Origin: Nitrospirota bacterium
GTDB lineage: Bacteria > Nitrospirota > Thermodesulfovibrionia > Thermodesulfovibrionales > JdFR-86
NCBI GenBank assembly: GCA_963721805.1
Contig: CAVRJY010000002.1
Coordinates: forward strand, 591,837-655,836
Length of the DNA: 64,000 bases
Direction of reading: 5' to 3'
Translations under genes and position numbers: made by a program
In this document: positions 28,846-43,158 of the stretch, piece by piece
How positions within the stretch are numbered: the stretch's first letter is position 1
Layout of the letters: every line of letters begins with the position of its first letter
The notes under the pieces: model-generated
Database searches by the model: none
What the model was told of the DNA's origin: nothing
The model's input: the letters and a program-made list of their open reading frames with translations, nothing else

Positions 28846-30980
28846 GCGCCGGCGAGGACGGCCGCACCGCAAGCCTGCTCGACGCCCTCGGCATCCAGCC
28901 GTATTATTACGACATAAAGGGAAAGCGGCATGACGCCCCGGCCGAGTCCATCGCCGCGCTCATGCGCGCCCTCGGCATCGACGACCCGGACGCCGCGCTC
29001 AACGAGCTTTCCAAGCGGCCCTGGAACACCTTCATCGATCCCGCCATTGTGGTCTCGGTCAATGCGCAGCCGGGGCTGATCCCCCTGCACTTTCAGCTCG
29101 ACGAGGGCACGGAGGCCGAGGTAAGCATCAAATGGCGCACATCTGACGAGCAGGGATCGGTAGAGGAGTTCATCGAGAATTCGATAGGGGTTGCCGCGGA
29201 TGCGGTTATAGGCGGCCAGCGCTACGTCAGGGTCGATCTCCATAACCGCACCGATCACTCTCTTGGGTATTACTGGCTCGATGTCGAGTGCAAGACTAAA
29301 AGGCGCACGCACCACGGCCGCTGCCGCCTGATCGTCGCCCCGGACCGCTGCCACCTGCCGCAGCGGCCTATGTGGGGCGTCAGCGCCGCGCTCTACGGCA
29401 TGCGCACAGAGCGCGACTGGGGCATCGGGGATCTGGGCTCGCTGGCCGAGATGACGCACCTTGTCGGTACCGAGCTCGGCGGCGGCTTCGTCGGCATCAA
29501 CCCGCTGCACGCGATCTCGGACCACATGCCATACGGCATAAGCCCCTACTCCTCTATCAGCAGGCTGTACCGAAACCCGATATATATCGACGTCGAGCGC
29601 GTGATGGCGATCTGCGGCATCGAGATGTCCGGCGAGCTGCGCCTGAGGGTCGAGGGCCTCCGCAAGACGGATATGGTCGACTACGATGCGGTCATCGAGC
29701 TCAAGTCCGAGGTCCTCCAGAGCTGCTTCGAGCGTTTTTCCGAGGTCAGGCCGAAGGAGCATTACGAGGATTTCGAGCGCTACGTCCTGTCCGAGGACGT
29801 GGAGCTCGAAAACCACGCCGTATTCATGGCGCTCACGGATGTGATGCGGATACTCAATCCCAACGCATATACGTGGCGGCAATGGCCCGAGCAGTATAGC
29901 AGCCCCACAGCGCCCGGCATCCGGGATTTCAAGCGCCTTCATGAGCGCAAGATAGCTTTTTGCAAGTTTCAGCAGTGGGTGCTCGACAGGCAGCTGCGTG
30001 ACGCCGCCCCTTCCGGGATGCAGCTTGGGATATATAACGACCTCGCCGTGGGTTCATCGGCCGACGGCAGCGACGCATGGGCATATCAGGGCGTGTTCGT
30101 CTCGGGACTAAGCGCCGGGGCTCCGCCCGACGAGACCAACATGAACGGCCAGTGCTGGGGCTTCCCGCCGCTGCTGCCTTCGGGGCTTCGAGAGTCAGGC
30201 TATGAGCTCTTCATCCAGACTATACGCCGGAACCTCGCGCACGCCGGCGCGCTCAGGATCGACCATGCTATTGGGCTCTTCCGCATCTTCTGCATCCCCG
30301 AGGGCATGAACCCCGCCGAGGGCGTCTACCTGCGTTATCCGAGCGAAGACCTCCTGCGGATCATCGCGCTTGAGAGCGTGCGCGCGGGCGCCGTGATCAT
30401 CGCCGAGGACCTGGGCACTATGAGCGACGACATACGCGAGGCGCTCCTGCGCTTTGGCATGCTCTCATACAGGCTTTTCTACTTCGAGCGCGACTGGCAG
30501 ACCGGCACGTTCCTGCGCCCCGACCAATACCCCGAACTCGCGCTTGCGACGGTCACTACTCACGACCTGCCGACGCTGTACGGGTACTGGGCCGGGCATG
30601 ACATCGAGGTCAAGGCCGGCCTCGGCATATATCCAAACGAGGAGTCGCGGCTGCATGATATCGAAGACCGCGCCCGCGTGCGCCAGGCGATGCTGGACGC
30701 CGTGGCGGACCGCCTGCCCGAGGGCTACCCGCGCGATGCCGCGTCGCTGCCCGAGATGACGCCGGAGCTCTGCCGCGCGATATACTCACACCTGGCCGCG
30801 ACGCCCTCTCTGCTGGTCTCGGTCTCGATCGATGACGCGCTCGGAGTCATGGACCAGCAAAACATGCCGGGCACTCTGAACGAGCACCCGAACTGGCGGC
30901 GCAGGCTACCGATGAGCGTCAGTAGGATCGGCTCCGAGAGCGAGCTTCGCGAGCTTGCGGGGATTCTTAATCGGGGCTGA
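28842..30980 (+). CDS. malQ: 4-alpha-glucanotransferase (amylomaltase, GH77)
   Basis: WGIGD, SPYS, DLAVG, GAPPD, LRIDH, IAEDLG, THDLP and QNMPGT...PNWR motifs; ATG 28842 overlaps the glgC stop. Confidence 0.95.
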   Translation: MSAGEDGRTASLLDALGIQPYYYDIKGKRHDAPAESIAALMRALGIDDPDAALNELSKRPWNTFIDPAIVVSVNAQPGLIPLHFQLDEGTEAEVSIKWRTSDEQGSVEEFIENSIGVAADAVIGGQRYVRVDLHNRTDHSLGYYWLDVECKTKRRTHHGRCRLIVAPDRCHLPQRPMWGVSAALYGMRTERDWGIGDLGSLAEMTHLVGTELGGGFVGINPLHAISDHMPYGISPYSSISRLYRNPIYIDVERVMAICGIEMSGELRLRVEGLRKTDMVDYDAVIELKSEVLQSCFERFSEVRPKEHYEDFERYVLSEDVELENHAVFMALTDVMRILNPNAYTWRQWPEQYSSPTAPGIRDFKRLHERKIAFCKFQQWVLDRQLRDAAPSGMQLGIYNDLAVGSSADGSDAWAYQGVFVSGLSAGAPPDETNMNGQCWGFPPLLPSGLRESGYELFIQTIRRNLAHAGALRIDHAIGLFRIFCIPEGMNPAEGVYLRYPSEDLLRIIALESVRAGAVIIAEDLGTMSDDIREALLRFGMLSYRLFYFERDWQTGTFLRPDQYPELALATVTTHDLPTLYGYWAGHDIEVKAGLGIYPNEESRLHDIEDRARVRQAMLDAVADRLPEGYPRDAASLPEMTPELCRAIYSHLAATPSLLVSVSIDDALGVMDQQNMPGTLNEHPNWRRRLPMSVSRIGSESELRELAGILNRG

Positions 30981-31034
30981 AGGCGGGTTTTAAGGCTTAT
31001 ATTTGAGTTCCTCCCATAAAATTATTCGAGTAAC

Positions 31035-31098
31035 TTGACAACAATATTAAATATCTGTTAATCTCTTCTTCTCCCGTTGGGGAGGATGTTCTTTGACA
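31035..31098 (+). promoter_or_regulatory. rRNA operon promoter and boxA antiterminator
   Basis: TTGACA-N18-TAATCT with TG extension; boxA-like TGTTCTTTGACA at 31087-31098; second boxA-like GGTTCTTTGAAA near 33044. Confidence 0.7.
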
Positions 31099-31149
31099 TG
31101 TCTAATAGAGTGCGTAGCAGCCCTTGTTCGTCACAAGATATGCAGGAAA

Positions 31150-32734
<1,585 letters not shown>

Positions 32735-32880
32735 ATGACTTCGGGTCTTCATGTCCCGACACATCCGGCGAAAACCAAATAGACGCAAGGGTGAGTTTCC
32801 CCTAAGGATACTCCGCTACGCACTCTTTTAGATAAATCGGCCTGAGAGGGATACCATTGTCATTTGCGTCCTGATCGGAC

Positions 32881-32954
32881 GGGCCTATAGCTCAGTTGGC
32901 TAGAGCGCGCGCCTGATAAGCGCGAGGTCAGTGGTTCAAATCCACTTAGGCCCA
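32881..32954 (+). tRNA. tRNA-Ile (GAT), CCA not encoded
   Basis: Cloverleaf in the ITS; anticodon arm GCGC-CTGATAA-GCGC. Confidence 0.96.
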
Positions 32955-32961
32955 TTACCCA

Positions 32962-33034
32962 GGGGGTGTAGCTCAGTTGGGAGAGCGCCTGCTTTGCAAG
33001 CAGGAGGTCATCGGTTCGATCCCGTTCACCTCCA
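32962..33034 (+). tRNA. tRNA-Ala (TGC), CCA not encoded
   Basis: Cloverleaf; anticodon arm CCTGC-TTTGCAA-GCAGG; G3:U70. Confidence 0.96.
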
Positions 33035-33075
33035 TAGGGTTCAGGTTCTTTGAAAACAGAGGGAAGAAGAATAAG

Positions 33076-36227
<3,152 letters not shown>

Positions 36228-36322
36228 ATTTTTCCACTCCCTCTGTTTTTATGGAGTCTGAACTCCTGGGTAATCCGGGCGTATCCGATGTTACGGGCGT
36301 CCGGCAGCGAGATATTAGGGTT

Positions 36323-36438
<116 letters not shown>

Positions 36439-36444
36439 GTTTAG

Positions 36445-36477
36445 AAGCCCCGAGCTAATCACTCGGGGCTTTTTTTT
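36445..36477 (+). terminator. rRNA operon intrinsic terminator
   Basis: AAGCCCCGAG-loop-CTCGGGGCTT followed by a T-run. Confidence 0.85.
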
Positions 36478-36480
36478 GCG

Positions 36481-36897
36481 CTATAACTGGCTGAGTGCCC
36501 TATAGAGATAAAGCCCGAGGAAGAGCCCGATGCTGAGCACCAGGATCGCGAGCGTCACGTCGAGGTTAAGCGATGGCTGGTAGGAGTCTTCGTCTATCTG
36601 GCGTTCGACAGTCTTGAAACGGGCGAGCGACAGGATCGCGATCAGCCCTCCTGCGGCCATCAGCGAGATGCCGACGATCCCCGTCAGCGATGGCCCTGAT
36701 GTCTGGGGCAGATCCTGCTTGCCTACGATGATGAGGAACTGCCGCGTGATGAGAGCGAACCGCTCAAGCACGAATCCGAAGGCCATTATCCCGATGCTCG
36801 TGCGTATCCAGGCGAGGAAGGTGCGCTCGTTGGCCATGTGCGTGCGTCGGTTCTTGACGCGAGGCTGTATTGTTTCCTGCTCTATTGGTTTCTCCAT
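36481..36897 (-). CDS. DUF202/YidH-family inner membrane protein
   Basis: HMANERTFLAWIRT signature; 3 TM segments. Confidence 0.9.
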   Translation of the reverse strand: MEKPIEQETIQPRVKNRRTHMANERTFLAWIRTSIGIMAFGFVLERFALITRQFLIIVGKQDLPQTSGPSLTGIVGISLMAAGGLIAILSLARFKTVERQIDEDSYQPSLNLDVTLAILVLSIGLFLGLYLYRALSQL

Positions 36898-36907
36898 TTA
36901 TCTCCCC

Positions 36908-38269
36908 TTAAAACTCTATCGAGTCCAGGGCCTCCCGGACGGTCGCGACCCCTGTGACCTCAAGCCCGCCTATAGCGCCCTTGAGCCTCGCTGCGTTACC
37001 GGCCGGGATGATAGCCTTTTTAAACCCAATTCTCGATGCCTCCCTGAGCCTCAGCTCGGCATGCCCGACGGCCCTGACCTCTCCCGAGAGCCCGACCTCG
37101 CCGAATACGAATATGTCCGGAGGCACGGGGCGCTCTCTGAGCGACGAGGTTATAGCGACCAGCACCGCCAGGTCTATCGCGGGCTCCGTGAGCTTCAGCC
37201 CGCCTACGACGTTCATATAGATGTCCATCCCGCTCATCGCTATAGAGGCCATCTTCTCTAAGACCGCGACCAGCAGGTTCACGCGCTGGAAGTCCATCCC
37301 TATCGCTGTGCGGCGCGGCATCCCGAACATCGTCGGCGCCACTAGTGCCTGTATCTCTACGAGTATCGGCCGCGTCCCCTCGATGCTCGATACCACGACA
37401 GAGCCGGGGGCCTGCTCTCGCCGCTCTGACAGGAATAACTCCGATGGGTTGTCTATCGCGCTCAGGCCCGCGTCGGACATCTGAAACACGCCGATCTCGT
37501 TGGTCGAGCCGAAGCGGTTTTTCACGGTGCGCAGAATGCGGTAGGGGTGGCCCTTGTCGCCCTCGAAGTACAGCACAGTATCGACTATGTGCTCGAGCAC
37601 TCGGGGCCCGGCTATCGCGCCCTCCTTGGTCACGTGGCCGATGATGAACACAGGCACGCGCGAGGACTTCGCAAACAGCATGAGGCGCATCGCGCACTCG
37701 CGCACCTGCCCGACCGAGCCGGGCGCGGAGTCGAACTCCTCGCTGTACGTGGTCTGGATCGAGTCTACGACGAGCGCGGTCGGCTCCATCGCCGATGCTG
37801 TGGCGAGCACGTTTCCGAGCATGATCTCCGATAGCAAAATGATGTTATCGCCCTTGATGCCAAGGCGCTCGGCGCGGATCTTGATCTGCTCCGGGGACTC
37901 CTCCCCAGAGACGTAGAGCACCTTGCCCTCGAGCCCAGCCGCGGCCTGGAGGATCAGAGTGGACTTCCCTATGCCGGGGTCCCCGCCTATAAGCACGACC
38001 GAGCCCGGCACCAGCCCGCCGCCCAGAACGCGGTCGAACTCGCCGATGCCGGTCGTCGTGCGCGCACCAAGCTCTATGTCTATCTCGGATAGCGGCATGG
38101 GCACGGACTTGCCCGGCAGGCCTCCCTTCGCCGATGACGGCTTCTTGCTCACGCGCTCCTCGACCATGCAGTTCCATTGGCCGCAGTCCGGGCACTTGCC
38201 AGCCCACTTGGGGCTCTGATACCCGCACGCCTGACATTGATACACCGTCTTGCTCACGATCTTGGCCAT
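36908..38269 (-). CDS. radA: DNA repair protein RadA/Sms
   Basis: CQACG...CPDC zinc finger, GDPGIGKST, KNRFG and GEVGLSGE motifs. Confidence 0.98.
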   Translation of the reverse strand: MAKIVSKTVYQCQACGYQSPKWAGKCPDCGQWNCMVEERVSKKPSSAKGGLPGKSVPMPLSEIDIELGARTTTGIGEFDRVLGGGLVPGSVVLIGGDPGIGKSTLILQAAAGLEGKVLYVSGEESPEQIKIRAERLGIKGDNIILLSEIMLGNVLATASAMEPTALVVDSIQTTYSEEFDSAPGSVGQVRECAMRLMLFAKSSRVPVFIIGHVTKEGAIAGPRVLEHIVDTVLYFEGDKGHPYRILRTVKNRFGSTNEIGVFQMSDAGLSAIDNPSELFLSERREQAPGSVVVSSIEGTRPILVEIQALVAPTMFGMPRRTAIGMDFQRVNLLVAVLEKMASIAMSGMDIYMNVVGGLKLTEPAIDLAVLVAITSSLRERPVPPDIFVFGEVGLSGEVRAVGHAELRLREASRIGFKKAIIPAGNAARLKGAIGGLEVTGVATVREALDSIEF

Positions 38270-38270
38270 A

Positions 38271-39038
38271 TTAAAATAATCCCATTATAGACGAGCCGCC
38301 TCCCGGGCGGAATGCGCGCTTGATTGCCGAGGTTATGAATTCTTTTGCCTTAAGCGCGGCCTCATATGGCGTCTGGCCAATAGCGAGGTATCCGGCGAGA
38401 GCCGCGGAATATACGCATCCTGTGCCATGGTATCTGCCCTCGATGCGCTCGCCCTCGATCCTCCTGATTCCCTCGCGGTCGATGTATATATCCACTGGCG
38501 AGCCCGCTAGATGTCCGCCCTTTACGACGACCGCACCGGCTCCCATATCCAGCATGATCCCTCCGGCCAGCGTCATGTCATCAATAGTGCTGATGCTCAT
38601 TCCCGTGATGAGTTCCGCCTCGGGGATGTTAGGGGTGACGACCGTGGCGCGGCTGAAAAGCGCGGACTTCATAAGCTCAATCCCGGCTTCGTCCAGCAAA
38701 CGATAGCCCGACGAAGATACGCAGACCGGATCCACTACCAGATTGACGAGCGAGAACTTGTCCACCGCCTCGCAGGCCGCCTGCACCGCACCGGCATTAT
38801 GGAGCATCCCGGTCTTTAGCGCGCCGGGCTTGATGTCCTCAAGCAGACATTTGATCTGAAGCCGGACGAACCCGGCGTCCACCCCGAGCGTCGAACGCAC
38901 GCCTTGCGTGTTTTGGGCCGTCAGGGCAACCGGCACGGACAGGCCGTGAATACCCAAAGCGCGGAACACCGCGAGGTCTGCCTGGAGCCCGGCCCCTCCC
39001 GTGGGGTCCGAGCCGGCTATCGTAAGGACATAATGCAC
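38271..39038 (-). CDS. thiD: Hydroxymethylpyrimidine/phosphomethylpyrimidine kinase
   Basis: TIAGSDPTGGAGLQAD, TAQNT, KTGML, TPNIPEA and HGTGC motifs. Confidence 0.96.
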   Translation of the reverse strand: MHYVLTIAGSDPTGGAGLQADLAVFRALGIHGLSVPVALTAQNTQGVRSTLGVDAGFVRLQIKCLLEDIKPGALKTGMLHNAGAVQAACEAVDKFSLVNLVVDPVCVSSSGYRLLDEAGIELMKSALFSRATVVTPNIPEAELITGMSISTIDDMTLAGGIMLDMGAGAVVVKGGHLAGSPVDIYIDREGIRRIEGERIEGRYHGTGCVYSAALAGYLAIGQTPYEAALKAKEFITSAIKRAFRPGGGSSIMGLF

Positions 39039-39043
39039 AACGC

Positions 39044-39095
39044 ATTATAACCTCCGGGTTTCGTTGTTGACAACAGATGCGTCGCTTGATAGGCT
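39044..39095. promoter_or_regulatory. Divergent overlapping promoters (thiD / hydrogenase operon)
   Basis: Plus strand TTGACA(39067)-N17-TAGGCT; minus strand TTGTCA(39073)-N18-TATAAT; both -35 boxes lie in the palindrome TGTTGACAACA. Confidence 0.6.
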
Positions 39096-39124
39096 GGAGG
39101 TATGGACGAGGGGCGTGATCCGCG

Positions 39125-40189
39125 ATGATCTTCAGGGTGTTCAAGAAAGACCGGCTGCAAGATCTTTTCGCGGCGCTTGCCGGATCGGGCAGGGTCATAG
39201 GCCCGGTAGTGCAAGGCGTCGCCAGCGACGGAGGCCAGATCCACGCCTTCGAGCCCGTCAGGGACTTCTCCGCCCTCGCGCTCGGCTACTCGATGACAAG
39301 GCTGTCGGCGAAGCGGTATTACATGCCCTACGTCGAGGACATCGCAACCTTTAAGCTTTCGGGCGCGGACTGGACCAAGCAGAGCGCATTCGACGTGCAG
39401 GAGAGGACGGTGCTCTTCGGGCTGCATGCTTGCGATATCAACGCCCTAAACAAGCTCGACAAGGTGCTGCTCGAAAGCGTATACCCTGACCCGTTCTATA
39501 CCGCCAAACGCAAGAACCTGTTCATCGTCGGCATGGACTGCACTCCCACGCCCACCTGCTTTTGCCGCTCGATGGGCAGCCATACCGCCTTGCACGGGTT
39601 CGACCTTTTCCTTACCGATATAGGGCCAGTTTACTTCGCCGAGATCATGACCGACACCGCCTTTAACCTGCTTAAGACGGTCGATGCGCGCGAGCCGGCG
39701 GAGCTCGAACACGTGCTATACATGAAGGCCGCCGAGGCGCGCGACCGCAAGTTCACGACCGTCGTGGACACGACCGACCTCGCTAAGATACTGGACATGG
39801 AGTTTCAAAGCCCGGTCTGGGAGAGATGGGGCGAGAGGTGCCTGTCGTGCGGCACCTGCGCCAATGTCTGCCCGACCTGCTATTGCTATGACGTGGCCGA
39901 GGACGTTGAGTTAAACCTCCAGGGTGCGCGCAAGACCAAGCGGCTCTATTCCTGCAACCTGCTGGACTTCGCGCGCGTGGCCGGCGGGCATAACTTCAGG
40001 AAGGGCAGCGACGTGCGGATCAAGTACCGCTATTACCACAAGCACCGCGGGTTCGTCGAGGCATACGAAGAGCCGCTCTGCGTGGGATGCGGCCGGTGCG
40101 GCATATCGTGCCTGGCCAACATAACGGTGCCCGAGGTGATAGCGAGCGTCCGTGGGGAAGGGGGGCTGAAGTATGGAAGGCCCGCTTAG
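39125..40189 (+). CDS. hydB: Group 3b [NiFe]-hydrogenase beta subunit (Fe-S, AsrA-like)
   Basis: GLHACD, CFC, CLSCGTCANVCPTCYC, GGHNFR and CVGCGRCGISC motifs. Confidence 0.9.
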   Translation: MIFRVFKKDRLQDLFAALAGSGRVIGPVVQGVASDGGQIHAFEPVRDFSALALGYSMTRLSAKRYYMPYVEDIATFKLSGADWTKQSAFDVQERTVLFGLHACDINALNKLDKVLLESVYPDPFYTAKRKNLFIVGMDCTPTPTCFCRSMGSHTALHGFDLFLTDIGPVYFAEIMTDTAFNLLKTVDAREPAELEHVLYMKAAEARDRKFTTVVDTTDLAKILDMEFQSPVWERWGERCLSCGTCANVCPTCYCYDVAEDVELNLQGARKTKRLYSCNLLDFARVAGGHNFRKGSDVRIKYRYYHKHRGFVEAYEEPLCVGCGRCGISCLANITVPEVIASVRGEGGLKYGRPA

Positions 40190-41069
40190 CCTCAGGGATA
40201 TCGCAGGCGAAAACCAACGCCGCAGAACCGACTTCGAGGGCTACGAGCGCGCATTCAAGGCCGAGGTCACGAACTTCTATCCCCTCACGCCCGACGTCAA
40301 CCTGTACCAGATCCAGCTGATCGACCCGATGGAGCGCAGGGCCTTCGAGTTCAGGCCCGGGCAGTTCGTGATGCTCGAGGTGCCGGGCATCGGCGAGGCC
40401 CCGTTTTCTATCTCGTCCTCGCCGGTACGCCACGGGGATTTGGAAATATGCATCCGCAGGGTAGGGAACCTCACGAACTTTCTGGCGGGAATAAAGCGCG
40501 GGCTTCGGATCGGGGTGCGCGGGCCGTTCGGCACGAACTTTCCGATGGAGCGCATGCACGGCAGCAACGTCGTGCTGGTGGCCGGAGGGCTCGGCATCGT
40601 GCCGCTTCGTGCGCCTCTTTCGTATGTGCTTGAGAACCGCAGCCGGTTCAAGACGGTCAAGGTCGTTTACGGAGCACGCACTCCGGCCGACCTGCTTTTT
40701 AAGTACCAGTACGACGCCTGGCGGCAGTTCGACATTGACCTCAACATAATCGTCGAGCGGCCTGACGCCGATTGGCGCGGCCCGTCCGGCCTGATAACCG
40801 AGGCCCTGCAGCCGGTCTGCGCGGACGGCACCTGCTCGATGCCAGAGAGCTTCGCGGTCGTCTGCGGCCCTCCGGTGATGTTCAAGTTCGTCTGCGGGAT
40901 GATGACCGAGTACGGCATGCCGATGCAGAGGATGTTCGTATCCCTGGAGCGCAGGATGCACTGCGGCATGGGCAAGTGCTGCCGCTGCAACGTCGGTTCA
41001 ACATACACCTGCCTGAAGGGGCCGGTCTTCGATTTCTGGAGCGTGATGAACCTCAAGGAGGCGATCTGA
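40173..41069 (+). CDS. hydG: Group 3b hydrogenase gamma subunit (FAD/NAD(P), [2Fe-2S])
   Basis: PGQFVML, GEAPFSISS, RGPFG, AGGLG, CGPPVM and ERRMHCGMGKCCRC motifs. Confidence 0.92.
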   Translation: MEGPLSLRDIAGENQRRRTDFEGYERAFKAEVTNFYPLTPDVNLYQIQLIDPMERRAFEFRPGQFVMLEVPGIGEAPFSISSSPVRHGDLEICIRRVGNLTNFLAGIKRGLRIGVRGPFGTNFPMERMHGSNVVLVAGGLGIVPLRAPLSYVLENRSRFKTVKVVYGARTPADLLFKYQYDAWRQFDIDLNIIVERPDADWRGPSGLITEALQPVCADGTCSMPESFAVVCGPPVMFKFVCGMMTEYGMPMQRMFVSLERRMHCGMGKCCRCNVGSTYTCLKGPVFDFWSVMNLKEAI

Positions 41070-41881
41070 TGGCTCTGTCGTATCTCGGGCTGCCGCTTAA
41101 GAGGCCGAGGGCCGCGTTTTTCGATTTCACCGCCTGCGAGGGCTGCGAGCTTCAGGTGCTCAATAACGAGTCGAAGCTCCTGGACTTCCTCTCGCTCGTC
41201 GAGATCGTCTCGTTCCGCGAGGCCATGACCGAGCGCTCCGACGACTACGAGATCGCGTTCGTAGAAGGCAGCATCACGCGGCCGGACGAGGTCGAGCGGC
41301 TGAAGAAGATCCGCGCCAACGCCAAGGTGCTCGTCGCGTTCGGGTCGTGCGCCTGCTTCGGCGGCGTAAACCAGCTTAAGAACCGCTTCAACGATCTCGA
41401 TTGGGTCAAGCGTCAGGTATACGGTGATGCGCCGATAGAAACGATCCCCGCATACCCGCTCGAGCATTATGTTCCGGTCGATCTGCGGATCTTCGGCTGC
41501 CCCGTAAAGAAAGAGGAGGTCGAGCGCATAGTGCTCGACCTCGTGCTCGGCAAGTCCGTCACGCTGCCCGCATATCCGGTCTGCATGGAGTGCAAGGCTA
41601 ACGAGAACATATGCGTCTACGAGCTGGGCGAGCCGTGCCTGGGCCCGGTGACGCGCGCGGGCTGCGACTCGTGGTGCACGAACTCGCGGCGGGGTTGCTG
41701 GGGCTGCCGCGGGCCGGCCGAGGACGCAAACGTATCCGAGATGGTCGCTATCATGCGCGAGCGCGGGATATCGGCCGAGGCGATTACAGACAGGCTCGAG
41801 TGCTTCGGGGGGTTCGGGGTGGAACTCGAGGCGCTCAGGGCATCGGGGGCCTTATCGCCGCCCGCGGAGGGACCGCGATGA
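41069..41881 (+). CDS. hydD: Group 3b [NiFe]-hydrogenase small (delta) subunit
   Basis: ACEGC, VEGS, GSCACFGG, GCP, VCMEC, CLGPVTRAGC and CWGCRG motifs; ATG overlaps the hydG stop. Confidence 0.92.
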   Translation: MALSYLGLPLKRPRAAFFDFTACEGCELQVLNNESKLLDFLSLVEIVSFREAMTERSDDYEIAFVEGSITRPDEVERLKKIRANAKVLVAFGSCACFGGVNQLKNRFNDLDWVKRQVYGDAPIETIPAYPLEHYVPVDLRIFGCPVKKEEVERIVLDLVLGKSVTLPAYPVCMECKANENICVYELGEPCLGPVTRAGCDSWCTNSRRGCWGCRGPAEDANVSEMVAIMRERGISAEAITDRLECFGGFGVELEALRASGALSPPAEGPR

Positions 41882-43152
41882 AACTAAACTGCAACGTGGA
41901 CGTCCGCCATCTCACGCGCGTCGAGGGCCACGGCAACATACAGATCACTATCAAGGACGGAATGCTCCGGAAGGCACAGTGGGAGGTAGTTGAGACCCCG
42001 AGGTTCTTCGAGGCGATGCTCGTCGGCAAGAACTGGGAGAACGCCCCATGGATATGCGGCCGGATATGCGGGATATGCTCGATAGGCCACACGCTGGCGA
42101 GCATCCGCGCGATCGAAAACGCGTTCGGGATCGAACCCACTGAGCAGACAGTTAAGCTCAGGCTGCTGCTTAAGCACATGGAAACGCTCCAGAGCCACGT
42201 GCTGCATTTGTACTTTTTGGTGGCCCCTGACTTCGTAGGGACCGGAAGCGTGCTGCCCCTGATCGAGAGCCACCCGGACATCGTGCAGAGGGCCGCCAGG
42301 CTCAAACTCCTCGCAAACGACGTCTGCGACCTCATAGGCGGCCGCCGCATGCACCCGACCACTACCGTTGTCGGCGGCTTCACGATGCTGCCGGACTGGC
42401 ACGCCCTCGATGCCGCCAGGGCCAGGCTCAAGGGGGCATTGGCCGACCTCGGTCTCACCGCCGAACTTTTCAAGACCTTCAAGGTCCCCGAGTTCACGCG
42501 CGAGACTGAATTCGTGTCATTAAAAGGCGAGGTCGTTTATCCATTCATCGGGGGCGACCTGGTCTCAAGCGACGGCGTAGTGGAGTACGAGAGCCGGTAC
42601 CGCAAGATGACGAACGAATACACCGTCCCGCAGTCGACCTCGAAGTGGAGCCGCCTGAGCCGCGAGTCCTTCGCGGTGGGCGCGCTTGCGAGGCTCAACA
42701 ACAACTATCGCCTTCTGCACCCTCTGGCACTCAAGACCGCCGAGGGTTTCGGTCTTGCCCCCGTCAACCACAACCCGTTTATGAACAACGTGGCACAGCT
42801 CGTCGAGTGCGTCCACGTGGTCGCCGAGTCCATCGATATGATCGGATATCTCCTCGGCACTCAATGGGGCGAGCCGCGTACCTTGGTGGAGCCCAAGGCC
42901 GGAGTTGGCGTCGGGGCGGTGGAGGTTCCGCGCGGAATACTTTATCATTGCTATGAGTTCGATAAAAAAGGCAAAATACTCTCATGCGACTGCGTGATCC
43001 CTACAAGCCAAAACCACGCCAACATCCAGCACGACCTCTCGGCGCTGGCCGAGCGGTATGCGTCGCAAGGCAGCACGGACCGCGAGATCGAGCTTCTGGC
43101 CTCGATGCTGGTGCGCGCCTACGACCCCTGCATATCCTGTTCCGTCCACTGA
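41878..43152 (+). CDS. hydA: Group 3b [NiFe]-hydrogenase large (alpha) subunit
   Basis: TRVEGHG, L1 RICGIC, EVPRG, and L2 DPCISCSVH at the very C-terminus. Confidence 0.95.
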   Translation: MKLNCNVDVRHLTRVEGHGNIQITIKDGMLRKAQWEVVETPRFFEAMLVGKNWENAPWICGRICGICSIGHTLASIRAIENAFGIEPTEQTVKLRLLLKHMETLQSHVLHLYFLVAPDFVGTGSVLPLIESHPDIVQRAARLKLLANDVCDLIGGRRMHPTTTVVGGFTMLPDWHALDAARARLKGALADLGLTAELFKTFKVPEFTRETEFVSLKGEVVYPFIGGDLVSSDGVVEYESRYRKMTNEYTVPQSTSKWSRLSRESFAVGALARLNNNYRLLHPLALKTAEGFGLAPVNHNPFMNNVAQLVECVHVVAESIDMIGYLLGTQWGEPRTLVEPKAGVGVGAVEVPRGILYHCYEFDKKGKILSCDCVIPTSQNHANIQHDLSALAERYASQGSTDREIELLASMLVRAYDPCISCSVH

Positions 43153-43158
43153 CCCCGT

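Noticed and set aside
28212..29942. 576-aa antisense ORF, and other long antisense or alternate-frame ORFs (e.g. 26316..27425, 61528..62757, 23362..24522)
   Set aside because: They lie opposite well-supported genes; long shadow frames are expected at high GC3.
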